Positions 28,368 to 37,603 of a stretch of 64,000 bases of DNA are shown here, piece by piece. Every line of letters starts with the position of its first letter. Within the stretch, counting starts at the first letter, position 1. The stretch is from a virus (taxonomy: Duplodnaviria > Caudoviricetes): positions 4,313 to 68,312 of IMG/VR virus record IMGVR_UViG_3300015214_000034; one strand, given 5' to 3'. Made by a program: the position numbers and the translations under genes. The notes below the pieces were generated by a model. It worked only from the letters and a program-made list of their open reading frames with translations, had not been told where the DNA came from and ran no database searches.

Positions 28368-28380
28368 TGGGGCCTCCAAT

Positions 28381-28420
28381 AGAAAAGGGACCGGGGAGAC
28401 ATAACCCCCCGGCCCCTTCC
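28381..28420 (-). terminator. Rho-independent terminator/attenuator after major tail gene
   Basis: GGGGCCGGGGGG-TTATGT-CTCCCCGGTCCC-TTTTCT on minus strand. Confidence 0.7.
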
Positions 28421-28443
28421 TGTGTAGCCCCTACGCGATTAGA

Positions 28444-29985
28444 TCAGGCGCAGCCCTCGTCCGGCAGGACCGGGAAGAAGCTGATGCCGCACGTAAAGCC
28501 GTAGGCTTCCTCCTCGTGCGCCATGAACGGCGTGTTGATGAGGACCGACTGGTTCTCCGGGAACTCGCGGTTGCCACCCGAGAGCGTGCCGGTAGGCAGA
28601 TCGAAGGCCGCCCCGCCGTCGCCGTTGCGAACAACCCAATCGAAGCCGACCGTCTTGTTGCAGCGGATGCGCTCGATGACATCGGCGTTGGTGAAAAGCA
28701 TCTGCGCCTCGACATCGCACTCGATGTCGCCGGCATTGAGATACTTCGGCCCCAACTTGCCGATGACCTTCTCGCCGGCCACGTTGTTGGTCAGCGTGAA
28801 AGTAGCCTGCTTGAAGTCGGTCGAAAGGCCCGCCTCGTCCACGTCCTGCACGCGCAGGCGAGCGATGTCGCTGGCGCTGCCGAACGATTCGACCTGTCCG
28901 CCGACCTTGGCGTTTTCAGCCTCGGCCGCGCGCGTGATGGACGGGTTGGTCGTGTCCGTGCCGACGAAGCCGAGCGTCATCGTCGCCTTGCCGGTCAGCG
29001 GGATCGCGATGGACAGCGCGTCGGCGTAATTGCCGAGGCTGTATTCATAGCCCGTCGCGCCGGCCGCCATCAGGTTCGGAGACGCCATTTCGAACTGCGT
29101 CGAAATCTCGACATAATCGGCGTCGTTGACCCCCTGATTTCGGACGAACTGGCCGAACAGGATATCAATGCGGAGGCCGGTGCCGCCAGAGCCGTCGTCG
29201 GTGCCGTCATCGGTCACGAACGCCTGATCGCGCTTGTCCAGCGTCAACTTGTGCGCGGCGACGGTGCGGACGCGGGCAAAGCCGATGTTCTCCTCATTGA
29301 AGAACTGGTTGGCGACATCGACCCCGCCGATGTGGATCACCTGGCCGGCCGCGATGCCGGTCGTGGTGAAATCGAGCGCCGTGCTGATCAGATCGCCGTT
29401 CGCGTCGATTTCCAGATCCCCGGCCGCGCCACGGAGGCCAGCGACGGCTACCTCGACGAACGCCGAATCGGCCGGCGTCTCGGCGACGTTGCCCGCCGCC
29501 TTGAGTTCGGTCGCGCTGGTCGCGTGGGTCGCCGTCACCGCTTTGAGGCCATTGTTCTCGTCGTTGACGAAGCCGCTGACATAGATCAGCGAGACGGCAT
29601 CAGCGCCGGCCGAGCCATAGAGCAGGCGGCCAGCCTGCGCGGCGGTCAGGGCCGGGATGGTATAGCCGGTGGCCGTCGCCGCGCTGGTCAGGAAGGCGTC
29701 CGCACCGATGGCGCGGCTGAACAAGAACGCCTCGGCGAAATGACGCAGATGCGCCAGCGTAAGGTCCGCCTCGAACTCGACGCTGCTGTCCAGATCGGTG
29801 ACGACGCCCTTGCGGCGGGCGCGCGCCTGACTGATCGGATTGCGCGCTTCCTTGGTGATCGTGGTGCCCCACGACGTGATGTTGTTCGGTTCCAATTCGA
29901 ACCACTGCGGCGTGCCGGGCAGGACGCCAAGCGACGCCTCCCGGGCGAAGGAAAGAGTCGTCGCATTCGTAATTACCCGGCCCAT
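28444..29985 (-). CDS. Major tail tube protein
   Basis: TNATTLSFAREASLG..ELEPN; position upstream of chaperones. Confidence 0.85.
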   Translation of the reverse strand: MGRVITNATTLSFAREASLGVLPGTPQWFELEPNNITSWGTTITKEARNPISQARARRKGVVTDLDSSVEFEADLTLAHLRHFAEAFLFSRAIGADAFLTSAATATGYTIPALTAAQAGRLLYGSAGADAVSLIYVSGFVNDENNGLKAVTATHATSATELKAAGNVAETPADSAFVEVAVAGLRGAAGDLEIDANGDLISTALDFTTTGIAAGQVIHIGGVDVANQFFNEENIGFARVRTVAAHKLTLDKRDQAFVTDDGTDDGSGGTGLRIDILFGQFVRNQGVNDADYVEISTQFEMASPNLMAAGATGYEYSLGNYADALSIAIPLTGKATMTLGFVGTDTTNPSITRAAEAENAKVGGQVESFGSASDIARLRVQDVDEAGLSTDFKQATFTLTNNVAGEKVIGKLGPKYLNAGDIECDVEAQMLFTNADVIERIRCNKTVGFDWVVRNGDGGAAFDLPTGTLSGGNREFPENQSVLINTPFMAHEEEAYGFTCGISFFPVLPDEGCA

Positions 29986-29997
29986 TGGTGCCTCCTT

Positions 29998-30438
29998 TTA
30001 CCTGATGTCCTCGTAGTCAAACCGGCCTTCCACCGATACTCCCCACCACCGGCCCTTGTCGATATGGCTGGCTTCCCCCGGCTCCACTTCGGCGAACCTG
30101 ATGTCGTTGGGGGCGAGGATGCGGCAGTTCTCGAATATCGCGGCGGCGCGTTCGGCGAGATCTGACAGATTGCCGACCCCATCGCCCGGTGGCTCGCGAA
30201 GATCAATGATAAGCAGGCCAACGCGGTCCATTTTGCGGTTGCCCTTGCGACCCAGAGTGCCCGGCCCGCCCGGCATCCTGATCACCTGCACCTTGGCCCA
30301 CGGCCCATTGGGCGGATCGAACTTGTCCTCGTTCGCCAGCGTATAAGGCGTCAACGGCCCGGTTGCCGGCGCGTCGGCGACCCAATTGTCGGTCCACCGC
30401 TGGTAGATCGTTTCCTGCACGGTGCGCCACACGCTCAT
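29998..30438 (-). CDS. Tail terminator-like protein
   Basis: Position and size. Confidence 0.6.
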   Translation of the reverse strand: MSVWRTVQETIYQRWTDNWVADAPATGPLTPYTLANEDKFDPPNGPWAKVQVIRMPGGPGTLGRKGNRKMDRVGLLIIDLREPPGDGVGNLSDLAERAAAIFENCRILAPNDIRFAEVEPGEASHIDKGRWWGVSVEGRFDYEDIR

Positions 30439-30935
30439 TGTCCGGGCCTCCGGGGCGGCTTGCCGCTGCGAGCGCGGAAGGCGTCGGCACGGCGATTGCG
30501 CGCGCCCTGCGCCGCCGCACGGCTGTAGGTCTGGCGGATCGCCTTCTCGATGGCCGTCTGCACAAAGCCACGCGGCGACTGCGGGCTATGGCCGGCGTTC
30601 AGGGCACCGATGTAGGGGACATTGTTCGTCGAGAAGATCGGGCCGTCCTCAAGCCGCCAGGACAGCACATCGTTCTCCCCGTCGGAGGCGACGCGGGCGC
30701 GAGCCGCGACCTCGGCCGGCGTCGGACCCTCCTTCGGGTTGGCGGGATCGCCTTCCACGATCTTCGGCTCGCCGACAGACGGGAGCCAGTTGGCGGACGC
30801 CCACCCCGTGTCGATGGGCGTGCCGAGCGGCGGATTGGACCGCAAGTTGGCGTTGACGTTCAGCGCGAGGGCGATGACTTCGCCCCGCGTGTATTGCTCC
30901 AGATCGGCAACGATGAGGTCGATCTGGTCGGCCAT
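30435..30935 (-). CDS. HK97 gp10-like tail completion protein
   Basis: TPIDTGWASANW..; NNVPYI..LN.GHS.Q.P.GFV. Confidence 0.8.
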   Translation of the reverse strand: MADQIDLIVADLEQYTRGEVIALALNVNANLRSNPPLGTPIDTGWASANWLPSVGEPKIVEGDPANPKEGPTPAEVAARARVASDGENDVLSWRLEDGPIFSTNNVPYIGALNAGHSPQSPRGFVQTAIEKAIRQTYSRAAAQGARNRRADAFRARSGKPPRRPGQ

Positions 30936-30938
30936 GGC

Positions 30939-31406
30939 TTACTCGCTGATCGGTTCGATGTCGGGCGCGGCGTCGGCATCGCCGGCACGAGCGGCCCGGG
31001 CGCGCATGATCTTGATCTGCATGTCGGCCTTGTTGTCGTCCGACTCCAGTTCGACGCCTTCGTCCTCGGCGATCTGGCGCAGCTTGTCATTGGTGACGCG
31101 CAGATCGTCCTGAATCTCGAAATGATCGACCTCGATCGCGCTGGCGTCGGCGACAGGGGCCGGGGCCTCGACAGCGGTCAGCCGGGCGGCTTCCTGCTCT
31201 TTCGTCTCGACAGGCGTCGGGCGGAAGTCCTCGGCATAGACAGCCGCGCCCGATTTCCAGAGGCGGCGGGCCATGGCCTCGTCCACTTCGGCGCGCAGCG
31301 TCGGGCTGGCGACGACGGCAAGCGGGGTGCCCACGCCAAGGCCGTGACCGTGGACGGTCTTGAACTTGGCCATGATCAACTTACGGGCGGGATCGAAATC
31401 GGACAT
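30939..31406 (-). CDS. Virion-region protein with HeH/SAP-like C-terminal motif
   Basis: DKLRQIAEDEGVELESDDNKADM. Confidence 0.55.
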   Translation of the reverse strand: MSDFDPARKLIMAKFKTVHGHGLGVGTPLAVVASPTLRAEVDEAMARRLWKSGAAVYAEDFRPTPVETKEQEAARLTAVEAPAPVADASAIEVDHFEIQDDLRVTNDKLRQIAEDEGVELESDDNKADMQIKIMRARAARAGDADAAPDIEPISE

Positions 31407-31496
31407 CGGATGCTCCTCTGGTTTGACGGGTAGCTGATACACCAGCGGCCGACCCTCGAATAGAGAGCCGGCCGCATCGGTTCACTGAACGGGGTC

Positions 31497-32240
31497 TTAC
31501 GCGGTGGCCGGGTCGTCGTCAGACTTTCCGGCCTCCGCTGCGGCGGCTTCGCCCGCTCCAGCCTGTGCGGCCTTGTCGGCGTCGTCGCCCTGTTCGGCAT
31601 CGTCGGGGCCGGACTGATCATCAGCGGCCCCGCTGGCGGCTTGTTCGCTTTCCGCATTAGCCGGATTGGTTTCGGAGGCCTGCTGGCCACCTTCCCCGCC
31701 ATCAGCACCCTCGGGGGGCGTCTCGTCGCCCTCTGCCTCCGGTGGGCCGGCCTCGTGGATTTCGCGCTGGCGGGCCTCGGCGGCCTCGCGCCCCTGCACC
31801 TTTTCGGGTTCATCGAGCCACGGCGCGCTGATCTCATACCAGCCGCCGCCATGCTCCTCGATTTCGACCTCGGAGCCGCCTTCGATCCAGCCGAGGGGTG
31901 CGCCTTCCTCGCGCATTTCCTCCAGCGCCTTCTCGGCGTTGACCTTGCCACGGATGGTCAGGGGCGTCTCAAGCCATGGCGCGGTGATCGTGTAGCGGCC
32001 ACCCTTGGGGCCGGTCATCTGGATAGGATCGCTCGCCTCGTCGGCGACTTCTGGCGCGTGGTTGACGGCCATGGTGTTGTATTGCCGCTCGATCAGGCGG
32101 CGGGGGAACGAGGCGGCCGGAGCCGCCTCGGGGGAAGGGAAGGGGTCGCCTTTGTCGTAGCTGATGCCAGCAAAGACAAATGCCCGCGCCGCAACCAGTG
32201 AGCGCTTCGGGTTGAAAGGTTCACGGTGCGGCACGGACAT
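31497..32240 (-). CDS. Acidic hypothetical protein downstream of capsid gene
   Basis: CACCACAAGGAGA RBS; duplicated GGxYxI.APWL motif; acidic tail. Confidence 0.7.
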   Translation of the reverse strand: MSVPHREPFNPKRSLVAARAFVFAGISYDKGDPFPSPEAAPAASFPRRLIERQYNTMAVNHAPEVADEASDPIQMTGPKGGRYTITAPWLETPLTIRGKVNAEKALEEMREEGAPLGWIEGGSEVEIEEHGGGWYEISAPWLDEPEKVQGREAAEARQREIHEAGPPEAEGDETPPEGADGGEGGQQASETNPANAESEQAASGAADDQSGPDDAEQGDDADKAAQAGAGEAAAAEAGKSDDDPATA

Positions 32241-32259
32241 TCTCCTTGTGGTGCAGGAC

Positions 32260-33279
32260 TTAGGCGGTGACCAGCGCGTCGCTGATGAAGACGGCCAGAT
32301 CGTCGCTGACCTTCTTCATGCCGAACGCCTGGCGGCTGTGGAAATAATCGCTGTAGGCGCGACCGTCGCGACCGCGCGAGATAACCCCGCCCATGTCGTT
32401 GGTCTGGCCGGGCACGAGGCTATCCCACGCGAACGTGGCGATGGCCGTCGGGCTGTCGAGCGAAGGCGTCGGGTCGATGTAGCCGAGCCACGCGGCGTTG
32501 GGATCGACGATGTAGGCGAAGTTCTCGCCGCCAGTGTCGTCCACGCTGATCGGCTTCTCGTCGGCCGTGTTGTAGATCGCCCGCGCGACGCGCAGGTTGT
32601 CGATCTCGAACATGGCCGCCATGACCGCGTTGGTGATCGCCGCCGAGGACGTATACTTGATGCGGTCCACGAACTCGGGGTGGTTCTTGAGGCGCTTGCG
32701 CACGTTCGAACCGAGGACGAGCGTGTTCGGCTCCATGCCGGTCGCCGCGCGGATCATTTCCTTCCAGTCCTCGATATCCGAGAGCGGGCTGGACGCATCG
32801 TCCGCCCACGAAAGGAAGTTGGTCCCTGCGACGACAGAGCCGGAGTCGGCTTCGCCCGCGACAGTCATGCCCCAGACGCCGGTCTTGAAGAACGACGTTG
32901 CCCAGATGCGGTCGGCGCGGATCATCTGCTTGGTGGTCAGCAGGCGGGTGGCGTTCTCGTCGAGACGGCCTTGAACGCGCGAGTTCTGGCGGGTGCGGTC
33001 GTCGATGACGTGCTCCAGCGCCCACTCCTCGGCGACATAGGTGTCCTCCTTGATGCCGTAGCTGACCTGCACCGGACGACCGCCAAGCGGGCGGACCTTC
33101 GCCTCATCGCGCCAGAAATAGCCGGGCGGATAGACGTTAAACTTGCCCGCTTCCTGCGTCACGGTGATGCGGCTCGTTGCGGCACCGGCGACGAACACAC
33201 CATCGTCCTGCATCAGGCCGAAGCTGTAGTTCGTCAGGTAGGCGTCCGGGTTCGTGTCCCCGGAGATTGACTTCTTCAT
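32260..33279 (-). CDS. Major capsid protein (HK97 fold)
   Basis: 339 aa after decoration gene; PNTLVLG..V...LK.HP. Confidence 0.85.
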   Translation of the reverse strand: MKKSISGDTNPDAYLTNYSFGLMQDDGVFVAGAATSRITVTQEAGKFNVYPPGYFWRDEAKVRPLGGRPVQVSYGIKEDTYVAEEWALEHVIDDRTRQNSRVQGRLDENATRLLTTKQMIRADRIWATSFFKTGVWGMTVAGEADSGSVVAGTNFLSWADDASSPLSDIEDWKEMIRAATGMEPNTLVLGSNVRKRLKNHPEFVDRIKYTSSAAITNAVMAAMFEIDNLRVARAIYNTADEKPISVDDTGGENFAYIVDPNAAWLGYIDPTPSLDSPTAIATFAWDSLVPGQTNDMGGVISRGRDGRAYSDYFHSRQAFGMKKVSDDLAVFISDALVTA

Positions 33280-33365
33280 GGCTAGGTTTCCCTTCTCCAG
33301 TCACGAGGCCCCGTTGGCCCCAAACCTTTGCTCTCGGTCTGACCCGGAGAGGGTGGCGCGGCGGA

Positions 33366-33743
33366 TTAGGCCGCGTCGATCTTGCTGCGGTCCACTTCGA
33401 TGGTGAACAGCACGTTGGCACCGCCGGCCGCGCTGATCGCCGTGCCGAAAACCTCGTCGTCGGCGGTATCGGCCACGACAAACTTGGCGTTGCCATCCGG
33501 CGTCACCTTCTGGCCAATGGCGATCTGCTCGCCGGCAATCGCCTTGAGTTGGTTGCCGGTCTTGATCGACGAGGACAGGCCAGCGGCCTTGCCTTCGCTG
33601 ATCACGCCGTCGCAGAAATCGCCGGCTCCGCAGAGGTTCAGGCCGGTCGGCGTGCGCTTCGCGGCGTAATACTCCTTGCCGGTCAGATCGACGGCACCGG
33701 GGACTGCATCGGTCTGCGCCCCCGTGAAACGTTCGGTTGCCAT
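33366..33743 (-). CDS. Head decoration/cement protein (DUF2190-like)
   Basis: Small Gly/Ala-rich protein directly upstream of capsid gene. Confidence 0.75.
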   Translation of the reverse strand: MATERFTGAQTDAVPGAVDLTGKEYYAAKRTPTGLNLCGAGDFCDGVISEGKAAGLSSSIKTGNQLKAIAGEQIAIGQKVTPDGNAKFVVADTADDEVFGTAISAAGGANVLFTIEVDRSKIDAA

Positions 33744-33794
33744 GTCGGCTTACTCCTTTCTTCGCTTCGCTGTGCTGCGTTCGGGCGGGCGCGC

Positions 33795-35078
33795 TTAGGC
33801 GTCCGCGTCGGCGGCAGCGGTTTCGGGGTAAGCGGCCTCGAACAGGTCGGGACGCTCGGCGCGAACCTTGGACATCGCGTCCGCCCGGCCGATCTTCTCC
33901 TCGCGGGCCACCTTGGCGACCTCCGAATCGAAGTCCTGACGGGCCTTCTTGATGTCCCCGGTCACTTCGGGGGCCTCGGTCGTGCCCAGCGACTTGAACA
34001 GGGTGTCGCGACCCTTGTTCATCGTTGCGAGCGTCTTGAGGATGGACTTGCCGGCCGCGCTGTCCTCGCCGACTTCCTTCGCCGCCTTGAGCATGTCGGT
34101 GGCTTCCGACAGGGCGACGTTCGGGAACTCGGTGCGGGCGCGCTTCTCGATGGCATCGCCGGCCGCGCCTTCGCGCAGTTCGCCGATTTCCTTCGACAGG
34201 GCGTCGTTGCGCTTGGCCATCGCCAGCACAGCGGCACCGTCCGACTTGCGGATCTCGGTGCCGTCGAGGCACTTGTGGACGACCGGATCGGCGCTGTTGG
34301 CCTGATCGACCTCGGCCTGCTGGTCGGTCGCCGACTTGGCGAGGAAGGCGTCCTGCGCGTCGGCGGCCAGGCCGTCGAAGTGCTTGCGGATGGCCGGGGC
34401 CATCTTGAGGATGGCGTTCTCGCGCTGGAGGGCCTTCATGGCCTTGTCGTCGGTGCCGTCGCCCTTCTTTTTCTTCTTGCCGTTCGCCTCGGCCATCTTG
34501 GCCAGATCGTCGTTGGCGTCGAGCGCGTCGAGCGCGTCCAGCGTCACGGCGGCGTCGATGATGTCATTCGCTTCGGCCACGGTGGACTTGGCGATGGCGA
34601 AACCCGCGACAGCCGAAGCGAGCGCGGCCTTTGTGGTGATCTTCATGGGTTGCTCCTGCTGTTGCAGATATTTCGAGACGGCCTCCTCGACAGCCGATTC
34701 GAGATCAGATTCCGCCGTCGAGGCGGCGTTGCGTGCGGCGTCCGCTGCGGCGGTGGCCAACTGGCCCATCGCCTCGGTGAACGCCTCCGTTGCTACCGAA
34801 CCATCGCCGCCCTCGGCGATTTCGTCGGAAAGGGCCGTGCGGAACGCATCGCGCACCGCCCACTGGTTCTCGAAAGCGCGCCAGAACGTCTCGCTGATCT
34901 GGTCGCTGACCAGTTGGGCGCGGAGCGCTTCCTGAAATGTCTTTTTCACGATGGCCGGGGGAGTGCCAGCGCCGGGCGCGCGCTTCACGATCGCCACCGT
35001 GGCGTGCTCTTGGCAGGGCAGATCGACAGCCGCGATCTTGTCCAGACGGATCGACTTGAGGCGGCGCTTAGTTGCCAT
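33795..35078 (-). CDS. Scaffold-like head protein
   Basis: IAAVDLPCQEHA N-terminus; Ala/Lys coiled coil; ERPDLFEAAY C-terminus. Confidence 0.7.
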   Translation of the reverse strand: MATKRRLKSIRLDKIAAVDLPCQEHATVAIVKRAPGAGTPPAIVKKTFQEALRAQLVSDQISETFWRAFENQWAVRDAFRTALSDEIAEGGDGSVATEAFTEAMGQLATAAADAARNAASTAESDLESAVEEAVSKYLQQQEQPMKITTKAALASAVAGFAIAKSTVAEANDIIDAAVTLDALDALDANDDLAKMAEANGKKKKKGDGTDDKAMKALQRENAILKMAPAIRKHFDGLAADAQDAFLAKSATDQQAEVDQANSADPVVHKCLDGTEIRKSDGAAVLAMAKRNDALSKEIGELREGAAGDAIEKRARTEFPNVALSEATDMLKAAKEVGEDSAAGKSILKTLATMNKGRDTLFKSLGTTEAPEVTGDIKKARQDFDSEVAKVAREEKIGRADAMSKVRAERPDLFEAAYPETAAADADA

Positions 35079-35544
35079 CTTCGACTTCCTCGTATTCGAC
35101 CCGGGCACCTTCGATGGAAAAGCCGGTGTAAGTCCCGTCCTTGAACTTCGCCAGAATATCGTCATCGGCGGGATGATAACCGACGACGAGGCCCGTCTTT
35201 TCGACAGTCCAGTTCAGCGCCTTGGCCATTTCTTCGGTGACGGGGAGCATGAAATAGTAGGAGCCGACATCGGGGCCGGCGTGCATGTCATTGCCCGCCA
35301 TTTGCATCCCGGTTTCGGCCGCATCGACGGCGGCCTTGAACATCGCGTCCTCGGTGATGTGCTCGGGCACGCGCTGGCCCTTGTGGACGCCCTCGGTATC
35401 GACGTTCAGATCGTAATAATCCTCGAACGAACCGTCGGCGGCGCGGACTTTCGACACGATGGCATAGCCGAACACGAGGCCGTGTTCCTCATCGACGTTA
35501 AGCACGTCGTTCACCTTGACGATCTTGTCCGCGACTTTGGTCAC
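35068..35544 (-). CDS. XkdF-like putative prohead protease
   Basis: GLVFGYA...D..G..I.ED.M.KAA...DMH...G.YTGFSIEG. Confidence 0.75.
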   Translation of the reverse strand: MTKVADKIVKVNDVLNVDEEHGLVFGYAIVSKVRAADGSFEDYYDLNVDTEGVHKGQRVPEHITEDAMFKAAVDAAETGMQMAGNDMHAGPDVGSYYFMLPVTEEMAKALNWTVEKTGLVVGYHPADDDILAKFKDGTYTGFSIEGARVEYEEVEDGN

Positions 35545-35666
35545 CAGCCGTTCCCCTGCCCTTTGGGCGCTCCGCTTTCGTGGTGGGAGGGGTTGCCCAG
35601 ATCGGAGATCTGTGTCTCGCCCTATCGCTTCTTACCGCGACTCGTCTCGCAGGGATAGTCCCTTGA

Positions 35667-36662
35667 TCAGCGTTGCCGGATTCGGGTCAAAAGCGCGCAG
35701 CGGCACTGGATGGTTTCGGCGGCTGGAGCGTCTGGGTCGCCGGGATATTTGATTTCCCCGTTCTCCGTGACCCACGATTCGCCCCATCCTTTGACCTGGC
35801 CGTTCAGGAGCATGTGCGTCTTGCGCTCCCGGCCGTCGAGGCGGGTCCGCCATTCCCGGCGCAACTGGTCGGCGTTGATTTCGCCGGCTGCGATGGCCTG
35901 CCGATACGCCTCCTCATTGCCCTGATTTACCGCGCGCAGCGCCTCGGTGCGGCCGATGACCTCGGCCCGATGCTTCACATAGCGCTCGGTGTAGCGCCGG
36001 ACCATCATGTCGATCTTGTCGGCTGGCAGCGGGCGACCGGCGCGCGCGGCGGCCATGACGCTGCGATCTGTGCGGCCATCGCGCAGCGCCCGGCCGAGCG
36101 CGTTCTCGGCGGCTTGCGGATCGAAGCCCACCCGCTCCAGCGCAGCCCGGTAACTGGCGACGTGCGTCCATTGCGTCGATGTCAGCCCCACGCTGTCGCG
36201 GAAATTGCGGGCGGCGGCGATGGGATTGGTCCCGGCCTCGACGCCGCTGACCAGCGCCATGCTGGCGGCCTTGCGCTGTTCGGCCGTGAACTCGCGGATC
36301 AGTTCGAGGCGCGTCGCCTGCATCGCGGCGACCGCGTTCAGATTGACGGCGTTGAACACGACCCGGGCGACGTTGGCCCCGCGCAGGAAATCGGACGTGG
36401 ACTGGCCGGCCGTGATGAAGGCGACATTGCTCGCGGACCCCAATTGCTCGGCCGCATATTGCAGGCGGTCCATGGCCTCGTTGACCCGGCCCTGTTCGAT
36501 CAGGTCGGCCAGTTCGTTCAGATCGAGTTCGTCCTTGAGATCGCTGATCGCGGTGCGAAAGATCACGGCGATGCGCGCTTCCTGCTGATCGAGCAGGAGG
36601 TTCAGCCGGTCGGCCGGATCGTCGATATAGTCGTCGGCTTTGAGGAGCGGCGCGCTGGCCAT
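35667..36662 (-). CDS. Head morphogenesis protein (Mu gpF/SPP1 gp7-like)
   Basis: RAEVIGRTE..RA; W.T..DGRER.TH...GQ; YPGDP..PAAETIQCRC. Confidence 0.92.
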   Translation of the reverse strand: MASAPLLKADDYIDDPADRLNLLLDQQEARIAVIFRTAISDLKDELDLNELADLIEQGRVNEAMDRLQYAAEQLGSASNVAFITAGQSTSDFLRGANVARVVFNAVNLNAVAAMQATRLELIREFTAEQRKAASMALVSGVEAGTNPIAAARNFRDSVGLTSTQWTHVASYRAALERVGFDPQAAENALGRALRDGRTDRSVMAAARAGRPLPADKIDMMVRRYTERYVKHRAEVIGRTEALRAVNQGNEEAYRQAIAAGEINADQLRREWRTRLDGRERKTHMLLNGQVKGWGESWVTENGEIKYPGDPDAPAAETIQCRCALLTRIRQR

Positions 36663-36665
36663 GGC

Positions 36666-37064
36666 TCAATCCCCATCAGGGCCGCGCCGGTCCCGGCACA
36701 GATAGCGATAAGTCGCGGCGGCGGGGTCACGGCCGAGAAGCTGGACCATGTAGAGGGTCAGCCCCTCGATCTCGATGGCGTCGTTGCGGAGCGGCAGGCC
36801 CCCGGCCGGGATCGTATCGCCGATCAGCATGGCGATGCGGTCGTTCAGTTCGAACTCGACGCCGGCAGGAGGGGTGCGGGGCAGATCCTCCCAGATACCT
36901 TTGATGCCGGTGACGGTCGTCGGGGTCTTTGCCTGGCCGCCCGTCAGATTTCCGGCCGAGCGGGCACCGCGCTCATAGCGCGTGATCACCACGTCCAGCA
37001 GGCCCGGCGCGACATGCTTCTTGATCAAGCCCGCGATATCGACGCCGAACAGCTTGTTGCCCAT
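36666..37064 (-). CDS. Head closure/joining protein
   Basis: Position; DPAAATY. Confidence 0.65.
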   Translation of the reverse strand: MGNKLFGVDIAGLIKKHVAPGLLDVVITRYERGARSAGNLTGGQAKTPTTVTGIKGIWEDLPRTPPAGVEFELNDRIAMLIGDTIPAGGLPLRNDAIEIEGLTLYMVQLLGRDPAAATYRYLCRDRRGPDGD

Positions 37065-37603
37065 CAGTCATAGTCCTCCTGCGCGATGGGCCAGTCCCAA
37101 GGATAGCGACCGCCATAGGGCCGGACGCAATCGCTGGTCCCATGGGGCACCGCCCCGTCCAGCGTCACGTCGGTATCGCCGAGGCCGTAGCAGACCAGAT
37201 TGGCGGACAGCAGCCGGTTCCACAGCGCCATCGGCAGCGGCGGGCCACCATCGACCGGGGTGAAGAACTCGACCTCGGCCGGGCCGGCCTTGGCCCGCTT
37301 GATGTTGCTGTTGCCGCTGGCGTCGGCGAACAGATCAGGGGACGCGGCCAGATCGGCGGCCAGCATCGCGGCGACTTCCTGAACGATGGTCGGGGCCGGA
37401 TCGACAGCCGGGTCGGGCGCGGTGTCGCACCACGGCAGGGTCAGCAACATGCGGGTGGCGCTGATCAGGGCGCGGCCCTTGGCGTCATCGTTCAGCAGCG
37501 CCCAAGCGACCGCCCGGCTGATGTCCCCGGCGAGGTAGATATCGGCGTCCGCGACGCTGATGAAGGCGTCGTAATCGTTCGCCCCGATGGTGATCGTCGC
37601 CAT
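37064..37603 (-). CDS. Head-tail adaptor (DnaT-like family)
   Basis: YDAFISVADADIY..RA..W......K.RAL..AT; KRAKAGPAEVEF. Confidence 0.75.
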   Translation of the reverse strand: MATITIGANDYDAFISVADADIYLAGDISRAVAWALLNDDAKGRALISATRMLLTLPWCDTAPDPAVDPAPTIVQEVAAMLAADLAASPDLFADASGNSNIKRAKAGPAEVEFFTPVDGGPPLPMALWNRLLSANLVCYGLGDTDVTLDGAVPHGTSDCVRPYGGRYPWDWPIAQEDYD

